DNA of 64,000 nucleotides, from assembly GCF_036321535.1 (NCBI RefSeq), contig NC_087437.1, positions 35,528,001 through 35,592,000 of the forward strand, written 5' to 3'. The position numbers were made by a program, and so were the translations under genes. Each line of letters begins with the position of its first letter. The first letter of the stretch is position 1. Origin of the DNA: Camelus dromedarius (lineage: Eukaryota). Positions 38,121 to 51,183 of this stretch are shown here, one piece after another. The notes beneath the pieces are model-generated. The model was not told where the DNA came from. It saw nothing but the letters and a program-made list of their open reading frames with translations, and made no database searches.

Positions 38121-38760
38121 ATTTTGTCTTTCTCAACTTACTCCATACTCAGGGGGCTTTTTAAATTCAAGGACCCATGCCTTTTGTTCAGTCCTGAAAA
38201 ATTCTTTGCTATCATCTCTGTTTACTTACTTTCTCTTAATTCACTCCTTTTGATACTCTATTATGTTTAAATTGTGCTTTTTTGTCTACCCCTATAGGTC
38301 GTCAATTTTAAAACCTTTATCTTGTTTTCATTCTGGCCTTTCTTAAGAGTCCATTGGTTTTATTTTCCTATTCAGTAGCTCACTGTTTTTTTTTCAGTTC
38401 TATTATTTAGTTTATGTATTGTTTCTTTTTAAAATGTTAATAAGCATCTTTTTTTTTTCTTTCTAGGTTTTCTAATTTGGCCTTTTAAATATTTGGCTCT
38501 ACTTATTTAATAATAGCCTATTCACATCTCACAACTTGCCGTTTTATTTTGTGGGGCTACTTACATCTTGGTTTATGAAGATTTTCAAAGATACGTACTT
38601 TAAAGCTCTTTATAGATTTCTTTTATCTCTATTTTCTTAGGAAGTCTCTTATTTATAGATTTGAGTTCCAACTTTCATGGTGCAGGTGTTTCTCATAAAC
38701 TTTATTATTATGTTTTATGAGCTCAATTTCCAGAAAAGATTTCTCCTTTGAGTTTCTTGG
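37730..38760 (-). mobile_element. Ancient L1M/HAL1 ORF1-region fragment
   Basis: ttttggctgagtatagaattcta, ccattgttttctac, tgataataagaaatctgcc, atttgtaggtaa, taggattttctctttat. Confidence 0.55.
38088..38116. repeat. (TG)n microsatellite
   Basis: Uninterrupted tg repeat of about 14 units. Confidence 0.95.
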
Positions 38761-41700
38761 GCTGGGACAATTTCTGTGTGAAATATTCTTAAGATTTTTT
38801 TCTTTCCCTTCCTTTCCCCTTTTCTCTCTGAATTTTTAACTTCCCCTCTTTCTTTTTCTCTCTCCCCTCTTTCCTCCCACTGTCTCTCTCTCTCTCTCTT
38901 TTTTTTAAGGGGAGATATTGCGCTTTTTAAACTACAAAGATTGTCTTTTTTTCTTTTCAAGCACAGCTAAACATTTAAAGATATCTAAAGACGTTTTTAT
39001 TATTTATCCTCTCTAGGTATACACAGGAAGAGGGAACTTTCAAAATGTACTGTCTTGACCCAGAAACCAAACCACTTTACTTTTACATTAAAACTAACTG
39101 CATTAATACAAATGACAAGGAGATAAGGTGCAGATATTTGGGAAGTCTTACTCTGTGGAAAGTTTTTCAACTAAGGATTGCCATTGACATCTTCCAGAGG
39201 TTGGGGCACATCAGAAAATCTATAGCTTTATATTTTAGCCTGAGAGATACACATGGGGCAATTGGTGATTTAAGTGGTGAAGTGTACAGAGACACTGTGA
39301 GAAGAACAAGTAAAAACATTTTCTGTTTTCTCCTCAGCCAGAGACAAGTTGATGGATTTTGCTTTTTATCAACTCTCTAAAAGATGAAAGAGTATTTTAA
39401 GTAGGTAGGATTTTGGAGCTGACCATGTAATTCTTGATTTCAAGCAGGCAAAAAAAAATATTATACATAATGGTGTGAGGAATGGAGGGATTAGTGGGGG
39501 AGACTTTTTTTTCCTTAAAATTCTTAAAATGGATATGTGGGAATATAATGTGTACAAATAGGTAAATGCTCTCTATGATTATAACTATTTGAAGATTTCT
39601 AGAAGGTATTATTCTAACCTTTCAAATACGACTGAAGTTCAGTAAGAATTAGCATAAAATATTAGCATTATTGTAATAGTAAAAAGATGAAACACAGGAC
39701 AAAATAGCAAATATTTTTGAGATTGTGCATAAGGTTAGTATTCATTCTAATAAATTCATGCAGTCCTTTTGAAATAACTGTAAAGAAGTTGAGGGAAAGT
39801 TTTCAGTCTAAACAGAAAGTTTTCTAGCTGTTGTACAGCACTAAATTCACTTGAAAAATATTAACCATGTGTGCTTAGTAAAATAAATGCTTAACTTTAC
39901 CTGTCTACTTTAACTGTGAAACATCATTCATGCTTAGGTTTGAAGTGTAATTCTCCTTAGTAAGTTGCATAGTGCACCCGTCCTTAGAAGACTCCAGGAA
40001 CTGGGGATCAGAACTGTCTTAAACTTCTCAGTACCATTTTGCTATTTCAGGAGTCATACACCTTTAGTATGTGTCACTGCAGTGATTTAAAACTCTTTGT
40101 CTTGGTTGGACAGCTTGTTTTATTGAGCATATTTTAAGATTGTTCACAGAAGCTCACGGAAGCAGAGATTTAACTTCTCTTGTAGAATTGCAGATTGACC
40201 TCAGTAAACAATTTCTACCTGAAATTTCAATTGGGTTTCTTTTGTAAAAGGATACAGTGAATCAAAACATGCTGCCGTGATGTTATTCCTGACTTAAGAA
40301 TATCTCACTTCAACTGTAAGTGAATCAAGTATGAGAATGAAGGATTTGAATATGAGGGAGAAAGTATGCGCTTAAGACTCTTTTAAGATGCTTGCAATGC
40401 TTATTTTTTTGAGGGACCCTGGTTATAATACACACATAACACATTTTCACATGCTGACTGTCTTATTTACTAATTTATTGTCAGAAATATAACTGCATTC
40501 AACACTTGGCATATATACTGCCAATAAACCAATCTTCCTAAGAAGCAAAATAAAATTAAAAGCTGACTGGCAAGCAGAGAATGAAGTAAGGGCAGTGATT
40601 TGGATCTGTTTATAAGTGGTATCATCCTCTGAGTTAGTCTGACATAGCCATCTCCGTCTACCACAAGGTAAAACTTGGCATAAGGACCAGATAGTCAAGT
40701 TCTTGCGTTGTGATACGTTCTCTAAAGATGGACTTTATAGGTACACTGTGTGTTTATTGTTTATATTTAAAGTCCATCTATCTCTTAAAACTCAAAGACA
40801 TCGGATTATATATTACGGCCTTGTTCCTTAGTATAGTGATTTTCATGCCAAATTCATATCATGACACATAACTACTAAAATAAACATTTCCTACTTTGTA
40901 TGTGAAATACTTCAATAAAAAGAAAAAGAATGCCCTATCAGAAAGTGCGTGACATTACACCATTTTTATTAAACTTAATATATCCTTAGATGCAACTTCC
41001 AAAATGACTGTAAAACAGTTGATGTCCAATTAGTTCGAACAAGGTTAGAACAACCTCAACTAGATGACTGTAATAGGGTACTCCACATTCATAACAAAAC
41101 TCTTACTTGTTTGAATTGAGCCCACAAAAATTGGATATTATAAAGGTCATTAAAATTTTTTTTCTAAATAAAGTTAAGACTGGTTCTAAGTCCCATACAG
41201 TAGTGTTGATAGGACATCCTGTATTATTTAATATTGGCTTCTTCTATATCTCCGTTATCCTATAAGAGCGTCTCAGGGCTTATGTGCCCCCAAAAGGCAA
41301 CAGCCATGATAATTACTATTTTGCTGTCATTACCACAGTTGAACATCAGCCTTCTGAAACTTGTGGGGCATTGATATGTTAATATCTGGCCCTAGACATA
41401 TAGCAGACTTGGGGAGTTGGGAAGCAGGACATGCCTGGTTGGCTAGAAACAGCTGCCGCTTGACCTGGCTCAGAGTGTTCAATCTCCAAGGCAACGAGAA
41501 GCTCCTTCCCAATCTGGGCTGTGTCATGCATCTATGACATAAATTTATGGCTTTTGTAGAACCCGCCTCTTCTCCCAGGTCTTCAGGAATCTTGATCTAT
41601 AGGCCATATCCTCGCTCCTAGCTATCCAAGCACTAGGCACCTCCCAATCTCTTTCTAGAAACCTTGAGTTTACTTTTTTAAGTACCTTACGATTAATTAG

Positions 41701-41935
41701 CTTAAGATCAAATAACTCAGTAGTTTTTCTTCAATTGTGCCAGTGAGACTCAAGGCAGCCAAAAACTCCTCAAAGGGATAAATAATAAGAAACTCAGAAC
41801 TTGGACACAAGCTTGGCTGATCTTTTAAAGGAAAGGTTAAAAAAAATTCTCATTCTTTTTCTCCTATACTAACAAGACCAAGATAGAAATTATTAATTCA
41901 TACCCTGCCACAGAATTTTTTTTGACTTGAAAATG

Positions 41936-42360
41936 ATTTTTTTTTAATTCTTGTTTTTTTATTGAAGTACTAGCTACTTATAATGTTAGTTTCAGGTTTT
42001 ATAGCAAAGCGATTCAGTTATACATACACACACAGGTATATTTTCATTTTCTTTTCTGTTACAGCTCATTGTATGAAATTGAATATAGTTCCCTTTGCTA
42101 TACAATAGAATCCTTGTTGTTTATTTTATATATAGTAAGGTGTGTCTGTTAATCCCAAACTCCTAATCTATCCCTCCCTCCCTTTTCTCTCCCCAGTAAC
42201 CACAGTTTGTTTTCTACGTCTGTGAGTCTATTTCTGGTTTGTAAATAAAATTTGTATTTTTTTAGATTTAACATATAAGCAACATCATATGATACTTACC
42301 TTTCTTTGTCTGACTTCATTTAATATGATAACCTCTAGGTCTATCCATGTTGCTGCAAAT
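41936..42360 (-). mobile_element. Young L1 3' end, 5'-truncated, with a TSD
   Basis: Poly(T) tracts, then attgaagta...aatatagttccc...aatcccaaactcc...ccatgttgctgcaaat. TSD core cctgccacag at 41904-41913 and 42361-42370. Confidence 0.92.
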
Positions 42361-42409
42361 CCTGCCACAGTAGTTTTGACTCACAGTTGTGGATGATAAA
42401 AGATCACAC

Positions 42410-42665
42410 TTTTCAAGCACTTACCCTGTGTGGGAATGTTTTTAGCACTTTATATTCACTAACTTTACATATATTTATGTTACATGTGTTAATTCATTTA
42501 ATCTCTACAAGCATCCAGTGAAGTAGATAACTGTTTTTAACATTTTATGAATAGAAAAAATTGATGAGGGAGAGGTTGACCTACTTAGCCAAGTCCCATG
42601 CTGGTAAATGGTAGAGGTGGGATCTGAACCTTGGCAGTCTGGTGCCAGTGTTATGTTATAGCCAT
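42410..42665 (-). mobile_element. MIR SINE
   Basis: aagcacttaccctgtg...taattcatttaatctctacaa...cattttatgaatagaaaaaattga...agaggttgac...ggtagaggtgggatctgaacc...ggcagtctgg. Confidence 0.75.
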
Positions 42666-43599
42666 ATTAGATTGTCTTCACAAAGATGTCCAGCAAAGTG
42701 TGATGGAACTTTAAAAGGCCAAGTACTACTCTTTGTTCCTTATTTTCTCTGTTTGCCAGTGGAATAATCTTTCTTCATTTGAATTTGACTTTTCAAGGAA
42801 TGAATATTTATTGAATACTTTCTGTTAGCCTGGTAACCATGGAGTTTTACCAGTACCATTTGTTTTGACCCTTCTAGTCCTATTTCGTGGGTGGTTTTAC
42901 TTCTGATGTACAGATAATAAGCTGATATATAGACTCATTATTATCTGCCAGCCAGTCCTAAAACCCTCAAGTTCGCTCTTCTCTCATTGTGAAAGAGAGC
43001 CTTCCGTTCTCTGAGATGCACAGCACCGAGTGCTGGTAGCATTTTGCTGTTTTCCTTGCATTATTATGCTTTCGTAGATTTTACTATCCTCATCCTCAAA
43101 TCAAGATTTTGAAAATTACTAAAACCACCTGTGGAAAATAATTGAAATGTTTAAATAACACCATTTTAAATTTAAAAAATTATTTTTAGTTTTGATAGCT
43201 GAGGTATTGAAATAGAAGGGAAAAAAGTAAAAACTTTTTTTTAGTATTCTTTTAGTGTTGTTGATTAAAAGTCTATACCATATTTAGTCTATTAAAATTT
43301 ATGTTTTTAGTGAGAAACTCATTCCATATTTCTATAATGGTACTAATGACTGGTCATACCTGTCTATTCAACTGTTGTCGGTTAGGCTGTCACCCAGGCT
43401 TGGGGGGAACATAAGGTGATGTGAATTACCTTAAAGGTGACTACCTCATAAGGAGGCCCTTAGGCTTAGTTTCTTTCCAAGGTGAATGTTTTCATGAGTA
43501 TTCACTCATCCATTTTTCCATTTAATCTTACAGAGCTGATGCAAAATTAGAAACAGCATATGAAAAATTCCCAGTATATGTCGACCAGTAGTTTCAGTG

Positions 43600-44360
43600 A
43601 TTCTTGTGTTTCTATTATGCCTCTAAATCTTCTTTTCTAATCTCCTTTGCTGAATTCTCCTCTACCCAAAATCTGAGTGTTGGGTTTTCCCAGGTTTATC
43701 CTTAGCCCTCTTTTCTTTCATCCTCTTTCGTCTCCCTGGGTCATCTCATCTATTTACATAAGCTCAGTTTCTGCATATTTAAAGATCATTTCCAACTTCC
43801 TATCTCTAGTTTATTTCCCCTCCCAATTTAGTATTTTGTTAATCATCTACATGGCATCTGCACTTGGATGCTTGGATGACTTTTTAGTACTGCAAATTCG
43901 ACCTCCTAAAAACTGAACTGATGACCTTCTCTCTGTATTTTCTTCCTTAGTATGTTTTAGAACCATCTATCCAACTGCTAATGTCAGAAGCCTGAAATCC
44001 ATTCTAGACCCCTCTCTTGTTCCACACATCCATGGAAGCACCAAATTTAGTGACTTCCAATTTCTATTTTTTTTTTTAATTTAGCTCAATTTCTGTCCAT
44101 CTCTGCTGACAATTTCTAGTTGGAGTCAATGTCACCTCTCTCTGGCACTCTGTAATTGTCCCCTAAATGCTTCCCATGAGGCCACACTCCTACCTCTTTC
44201 CAATTCATTATTCATAAAACAATCAAAATGATCTTTTCAAAACACAGACCTAATGTTGTTACTCTTTTGCTTAAAACTGTGCAGTGTCTTTCAGTTACTC
44301 TTATGCTAAAGCCCCAAATCCTGTCAGTGACCCACAAGACCCTGAATAATATGATCCCTT
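43600..44360 (+). mobile_element. L2 LINE fragment
   Basis: ccctcttttcttt, ctccctggg, catctgcacttggatg, aactgaact, tcagaagcctgaaa, atgatcttttcaaaacacaga, tgcttaaaac. Confidence 0.7.
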
Positions 44361-44467
44361 AGCAATAATGTCATTTTCTTTTATTTCTTATGAATTGGTG
44401 ATAGTGCCTTTTTTTCTTATCATTGTTTAAAAAAGCCCACTGCTTTTCCTACTTCAGGAAGTAGAAA

Positions 44468-44565
44468 ATATCAAGAAATGAATATATGTATGTGTTTGCA
44501 TGACTGGGACATTGTGCTGTACACCAGAAATTGACACATTGTAATTGACTATACTTCAGTAAAAA
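44468..44565 (+). mobile_element. Tip of a young L1 3' UTR
   Basis: aatgaatatatgtatgtgtttgcatgactgggacattgtgctgtacaccagaaattgacacattgtaattgactatacttcagtaaaaa. Confidence 0.85.
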
Positions 44566-44773
44566 GTACAATAAATAAGTCATGAGGATATAATATACAG
44601 CATAGAGAATATAGTCAAATATATTGTAATAACTTTTCATGGTGACAGATGGTAACTGGACTTATTGTGGTGATCATTTTGTATGTATAAAAATATCAAA
44701 TCACTATGTTGTACACCTTAAATTATATAATATTGTAAGCCAACTATATTTCAGTTAAAAAAAGAAAAAAAAG
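44566..44773 (+). mobile_element. Older L1 (L1MA/L1_Art-like) 3' end with poly(A)
   Basis: aataaataagtcatgaggatataatatacagcata...ggtgacagatggtaactggacttattgtggtgatcatttt...cactatgttgtacacct...caactatatttcagttaaaaaaag. Confidence 0.85.
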
Positions 44774-46059
44774 CAATACTGTATAGGTGACTCAAGAAAC
44801 TAGTGATCATTCTAAACATAAATTTTTTAAGTAAAAAAGCAAATGCCATGCATTTAATTTGTATGTTTACTTGTTTTATTTACAGAGATGACAAATTGGG
44901 TTATGACTAAATTGAATACAGTGTGACCTTTACTTTATTCCCATAATGAATATAAGTTCCACTAATGTATATAATTCTGTGAAATGTATCCAGGGCTGCC
45001 TTGTATTATGAAAATTGAGTGCTCCTTCTATCTTATCCTCATATCCTTTGATATGTGATCACCAGTGAGGTTTTCCACTTTCTAGAACTCCTTGTCAGCA
45101 CAATCTTTCTTCAGACTGTGGTTCAGTGTGATCTCCATGCTTTCTTCCTCCTTGAGCTTTTCTTCCTTGCCTAGATGTGATATCAAAGCTCCAGATGAAC
45201 ATTGCCTTGCAGTGCCAGCTCAAGGACTGGAGGCTTAAGTGAGGGAGGAGCATATAGGGAAGAAGTTTGGTGACAAAAACCATAAATGATTTCCCTTCTC
45301 AGAAATAAAATGTTTCCATCAGTCTATTGATGGCTGCCTCCTCATCTGTATGCGTGGCTTTAGTGAGAGAAGTTGCTTGAAGGTAAGACAGATATGGTCT
45401 TATATCTAAGGCTGTTGACAAATTCTCATCAGTGAAGGCTGATGAATTAAACATTCAAAGGACAAGTGACCACCACTCTCTGGTTTTGCTTATTTCAGGG
45501 TTTAGTCTTAATGAGAAATTAATCAGCCTGGGAAAAGTTGGGAGTTGCACGATGTAGTGAGTTAAAGGGTCTGTTTCCTCATCTCTATTACAAGAATACT
45601 GCTACTTCATGGAACTGTAGTAACTGTAAAATGGAATGAAAACTATCAAGTGTTTGGCACATGGTGTACTCTCAATAGATGAGTTCTCGTCCCCTTCCCT
45701 CCCAACTTTACTAGCTAGAAATGTCCTTTCAGAAGCTCTTCTTTGCTGAAACCTTGGAGAGAGCTGTATTTTGTTTTATTGGGAACCTTATTTTCTTTAG
45801 CGGCTCAATAATAGTTGATTGAGATTTTCCTTGCCCTGTCAAATCTGTTCCAGAGAAATTGTCTTTCTTTAAGAAAGACCTGTCTTGGCATTGCGAGGTG
45901 TCCATCATGTGTGCCTGTGGTGAGTATGGGGATAAAAAAGCACCACATATCACGTAGTGAAGCTGCCTAAAATCCTTATTAGACATCTCTCTCCAAGTCA
46001 TGCTTTCCTTATTTTATATACTGTCTACTGAACATGATTTTACTATTCCATTGCCTTAA

Positions 46060-46240
46060 TTTTTTTTCATTGAAGTATAGTCGGTTTACAATATTACGTT
46101 AATTTCTGGTGTACATCATAGTGATTCACTTATACATACATATATATGTATTCCTTTTCATATTCTTTTTCATTATAGGCTATACACAGCCTATAATGAA
46201 AAAGAATATGAAAAGGAATATATATATGTATATATAAGTG
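46060..46240 (-). mobile_element. Young L1 3' tip with a fold-back inverted duplication
   Basis: Poly(T) followed by attgaagtatagtcggtttacaat...; 46127-46181 is repeated in inverted orientation at 46188-46240. Confidence 0.9.
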
Positions 46241-46277
46241 CACTTAACATTGATCTTCTGAAACTGATGAGAACAAC

Positions 46278-46625
46278 TTTTGTTTTTAATTGAAGTATAG
46301 CTAATTTGCGATGTTGTGTTAGTCTCTGGTGTACAGCAAATTGATTCAGTTATTCATATATATATATATATACTTTTTCATTATAGGTTATTACAAGTGC
46401 CCTGAGCATAGTTCCCTGTGCTATACAGTAGGACCTTGTTGTTTATCTGTTTTGTATATAGTAGTTAGTATCTGCAAATCTCAAACTCCCAATTTATCCC
46501 TCCACCTGCTCCCTATCTCCCCTGGTAACCATAAGTTTGTTTCCTATGTCTGTGAGTCTATTTCTGTTTTGTAAATGAGTTCATTTGTGTCATTTTTTAG
46601 CACATATTAGTCACATCATATGATA
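46278..46625 (-). mobile_element. Young L1 3' end
   Basis: ttttaattgaagtatag...tagttccctgtgctatacagtaggaccttgttg...ctggtaaccataagtttgt...catcatatgatat. Confidence 0.92.
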
Positions 46626-46699
46626 TCCATTGCCTTTATTAGCATCGCCTCTCTATTCTAGGAGAATTTTGATAAGGAAAACTTCCAGAAAAAAAAATC

Positions 46700-47018
46700 A
46701 GTTCTTCAATGAGAAGAATCAACAGTTTAAGCCGTTAAAAATTCCCCAGAGCCTTGGCTTCAAAATCCTACCCCTGCTGTTTGCAGCAATTCTAAACTGT
46801 AATATTACAATCCTTACATAATCAATCCTAATCAATTCCACTGCATCAAAGGACCCAGTAAACCAAACTTCAAATTCTCAATAGATTCTGACTTTGCCTT
46901 TTTCCCTCTAAGGAACTAAGAAATCTTTGTCAGTCTTTACTGCAGTGAGCAAAAAAACTTAGAATTGTCTTATGTACAGAGCTTGTGTTGATGATATTTG
47001 GGGAGCCAGGATTCCACA
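46700..47018 (+). mobile_element. MER67-like ERV1 LTR 3' part
   Basis: aaattctcaatagattctgactttgcc...ttgtc...tgatatttggggagccaggattccaca resembles MER67-family LTR ends. Confidence 0.45.
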
Positions 47019-47799
47019 GCAATTTAAACATAGCTGATGCTCCACAAATTTAGTTAGAAGAACAAGCAAACCAATAACTCAGTATTTGCTAAAAGATAAA
47101 CCTTTACAAATTCTGGTAATTACTAAATATCAGTGTATTTGGTCTCTGGAAGTTGGAAACTAGAGCCACAGACACCATGGGTTAAGCTGACACAAACCTA
47201 TTTAATGTTACGTGTTTAAATGCTAAATAACAGTGAGTGTTAAGTGACAGAACAGCTCATATGTAGTTTTGTGATTGGAGTGCACTTTGATACTTGTTTC
47301 ATGAAAGCCTTTGTGAGTTACAAGCAGAGGTTAACAGTAATCGCATTTTTCCCCTCTGGTTTTAATAAATGCCTTCAGGGCATTTCATTCTGTTAAATCA
47401 AGTAGTAGACAAAAATGTAATGCACTGCTAACCTCTAAAGTGTGTGAAAAACTTAGTTCATAAAATATGTATGAAGAACACAGTGTTGCAATGATAATAC
47501 TTCCTCTCTGGGTTATTCTGCCCAAGAATTGGTGCATTAGCTATAGTTCTTGATTTCTTTTGATTGGAGTTGCCTGTACTTCATGTTGTATGATATTATT
47601 CACTTGATTTTCTATTAGCATACACAGATATACAATAGTTATTTTTTTTTTGGGGGGGTGCAGTTGCCACAGCTTTCAATGGGCTGTTTTAGGAACTCTT
47701 ACACATAGCATTCTTCTTTAGGGAAGACATATTTAAAGGAAGAATTAGTGTATATTGAAACATCAAATTTGTATGTATATCAATAAAACTAAGAATTTT

Positions 47800-47996
47800 T
47801 TTCAATTTTTTATTGTGGTAAAATAGATATAAAATTTATTCAGTCCTAGAAAGGGACAGAATTCTGATATAAGTACAACATACAGGAATCTTGAGGGCAT
47901 TATGCTGACTGAAATAAGCTAATTACAAAAAGACAAATATTGTATGATTCCACTTATATGAGGTCCTTGGAGTAGTCAAAATCAGAGAGACAGAAA
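47800..47996. mobile_element. L1MB-like 3' fragments in opposite orientations
   Basis: Antisense tip ttttttattgtggtaaaata (47806-47838) is joined to sense cattatgctgactgaaataagc...aaaagacaaatattgtatgattccacttatatgagg...gagtagtcaaaatcagagagacagaaa. Confidence 0.7.
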
Positions 47997-48497
47997 AATA
48001 TATCATTTTTCTGACCTATTGCCATCATGGTAAATACAGATTCATATGAGGTAGTTCTTATATACACTCTGTTAAGCACCCCCAGTGCCTTTTAAGTGAA
48101 TTAGTACTATACATTCATCACAATGTATCCTTCCTTTTTTGGTGAAAAAATATAAAGCCACGGCTGTAGCTGCTTCTCTCCTCAGTCGTTATATTATCAC
48201 CGTGTCAGAAAGATGCACTGTCTGGTGCTATCTTTGGAATTGTAACTATGCTAATCCCGTATTAAAACATAGCAAAACTTAATTGATGGGGATGTCACTA
48301 ATTTAAAATACATAGAAATAATATAGGAACATGGATGATATTTTGATAAATTCTTCCTTCATTCATAGTAGGCATGTATAACTGAAGGATGTTTTTTTAA
48401 AAGTAAGTAAACAGCAATTTATTTCCCCTGAAACTTTAAAAGCAGGATTAACTTCTGGATCAGAAAAAATTATGCCTGGCCATTAGTGAAGAATGAA

Positions 48498-49090
48498 TGT
48501 TACCAAAGAGAGGTGTGGCCTTTGCCCCCAGCTCCTGAGAAGTGATCTCTTGTTCTTAGAATGTCCTGCCTAATAAGAGTGGCTCTACGTACTTGGGATC
48601 CTGGGTCCATGCTGGATAGTCAAACAATGTGATTTATGGTGAGGGCTTTGGGCCATGCAGTGTCAGTTCCACCAGGAGTCTAAGGGTCAGCTGCACGGGC
48701 AGTCCATCATGTCCATGTGCTGAAGCTCTAATAAAAATTTGCACACCTGAGCTCAGGTTTTCTGAGCTGGCAATACTCCATGCATTTCGTCACATATCAT
48801 CACTGGGAGAAATTAGCATTGCCCACAGTTGCACTGGAAGAAGAAACATCAGGAAGCTCTGTATAGGGCTTTCCTCGACTCTGCCCCATGTGTCTCTTCT
48901 CTTGACTGGTTTTAATCTGTATCCTTTCCCTGTTATAAAGTATAACTATGAGCATAGCAGCTTTTTGTTATTTGTTTGAATCCTTCTAACAAATTATTAA
49001 ACCCGAGGGTGGTCTGAGGGACCCCAAAGTTGTCATTGGTGTCAGAAGTGAGGGTGGTCTTGGGGCTGCCCCCTCACTATGTGCTGGCAA
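48498..49090 (+). mobile_element. MER21-like LTR
   Basis: TG start; tggcctttgcccccagctcctg...gaatgtcctgcctaataagagtg...aataaaaa...ctggcaatactc...ttttaatctgtatcctttccctg...gagggtggtct. Confidence 0.75.
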
Positions 49091-50212
49091 TTTATTAGAA
49101 CAGGCCTTCCAGGGACCTAGACGAAAGGGCCTTTCCTCCCCCCAGTATTTATCATAACCATCTTGCTATACAATAATAGTTCCTAATCTCAATCTTTTCC
49201 TAAATAAGGATGGCCTGTCATTCAGTCCAAATTACTGAAGTTTCTCAATATTATGGGATTTCATATTATAAGTATACAATGATTTATATAGTAGTGAATG
49301 TGAGATTTTTCTACCACTAAGTGCCAATTAATGTAGTGTTTTGAGATGTATGATGTTCAACTTTAACTGAAAATTTCCAAAACTTTGCATGACAGTTCAC
49401 TTGAAGACTGTCAGAGTCAAAGTGACATAGGGTTCTCACCTCATATTGATGGTGCCATGGTGTATTTTGTGGGATTTGGCTAATATTTTTACTGTATAGA
49501 AGAGAGAAATATCAAAATATCATTTCAATTTCTTGTAACGTGTCTGTTCCTCCCTCTTGATTACTGATCAGAATTGTTGTTAAATTGAGGCTTAAAGGAC
49601 AGAATATTCTGGTGGATGGGCCTGATGTATGCCATCATGGCTTTGCAGTAACTGCTAATTTCTTCAACTTTCTTGCTATTAGATTCTCCAAGAGCTGGCC
49701 TGTTTCTCTGTGAGTTCTCTCTGGTCTCACACACACTGTACAGCCTGTCTCCATATTCATGTCCTTGCTTTTTCCATATGGCGTATGTCCATCAAATTTC
49801 AAGACAGACTCATAGTTGTTTGCAATTGTGATAGAAAAGAAATAAGTTTGCATATAAGAGCCATTGAGTCAGAGTAATTTGTTGAAGAACATACTATAGC
49901 GTAAACGTTTGGAGAATAATTTTTAGAATGCCATTAGCTATTGTTTAAAGGCCACTTTCCTGAGAATCAGGACAACCTAGGGAATGCCAATGAAGTGCAA
50001 GTCAGTCACCAGGAATCCATGGTAGGTGACAGTATTCTTATCCAGAATTACTGATTTGTAACATTTCAAAACGCAGTATTTGGGGATATTAAATAGAACA
50101 GCTATTTTTCTAAGTGTCGCCATAGGAGCCTGGGATGAAGTGTGGGGGATTTTGCTACATTAGTAGCTTAGAAGGTTTGTTTTGAGCTCCCTCCACCACC
50201 ACCACCCCTAAA

Positions 50213-50236
50213 CACACACACACACACACACACACA
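50213..50236. repeat. (CA)n microsatellite
   Basis: About 12 ca units. Confidence 0.95.
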
Positions 50237-51183
50237 TTCAAATTCTGTAGAAAGTTAGAAAGTACACAGTTGAGGAAACTGATGTGGACACATGTGCACA
50301 GGGAGTCTGCATGAACACACACACAGATTTAGTGAGAATTTGAAAGATGACAAGGATTTGTTGTAGGAAGAAAAGTACAATAAGAATTTTATTAGGGAGA
50401 CAAAATTTATCAGGAGAAATTTGTGTGTGTACCGATTAGTCTTTATTGGTAAATTATATTAAATGAGTAATTAGTTATGATGTTTACTTATAATGTAAAT
50501 GGAATGAAATGATATTTTGGATTATTGTGTATTTATAGTATTATTAATTGGTGGAGAAAAAGCACTGTATTCTTTGACAGAACTGTGAATGAGAATTTTG
50601 AAAATGGTCTTGATCAGCTCAATTTTACACAATGTAAATAATGCACATAGATAGTGCACTAAATAAGATCTGGAAATGCTGACATTTACTTACTTATGCA
50701 GAAGTTACTTTCAGTGAGATTTATAATGGAGGCTGAATTTACCAAGTAAATTAAATCACAAGAGCATTGAAGATGGTTTTCCAAGCAAATAGGAAACCAC
50801 TCTTTTTCAATAGAGGAATGAGAATATCAAGAATTATGAGTTGAGGAATGTTGTTCTTTCTTTTCTGTGGCTGAGGTCAGGCTGACAATTTTTTTTTTTA
50901 TTATAAATGGTCAGTGCTCACAATCACAGTTATCAGCATACCTTATCACAGATGACTGTAATTCAGATTGAGTTATTCCATTTCCATGGGGAGGCAGGAG
51001 AAGAGAAAAAGATCAAGCTACACGAATTACACAGCCTGACATAGCACACAGGAATGGAAGAAATGCTCCAGTTACATTTTTTTAGTGTGCCTTTTTTACA
51101 TGGTTTTTAAAAGTTTAAATCATCATGAATGAGAGTTAATAATTAAGCTGCTATTATTTTTTTTCTTAATTTGCTACTTACCC

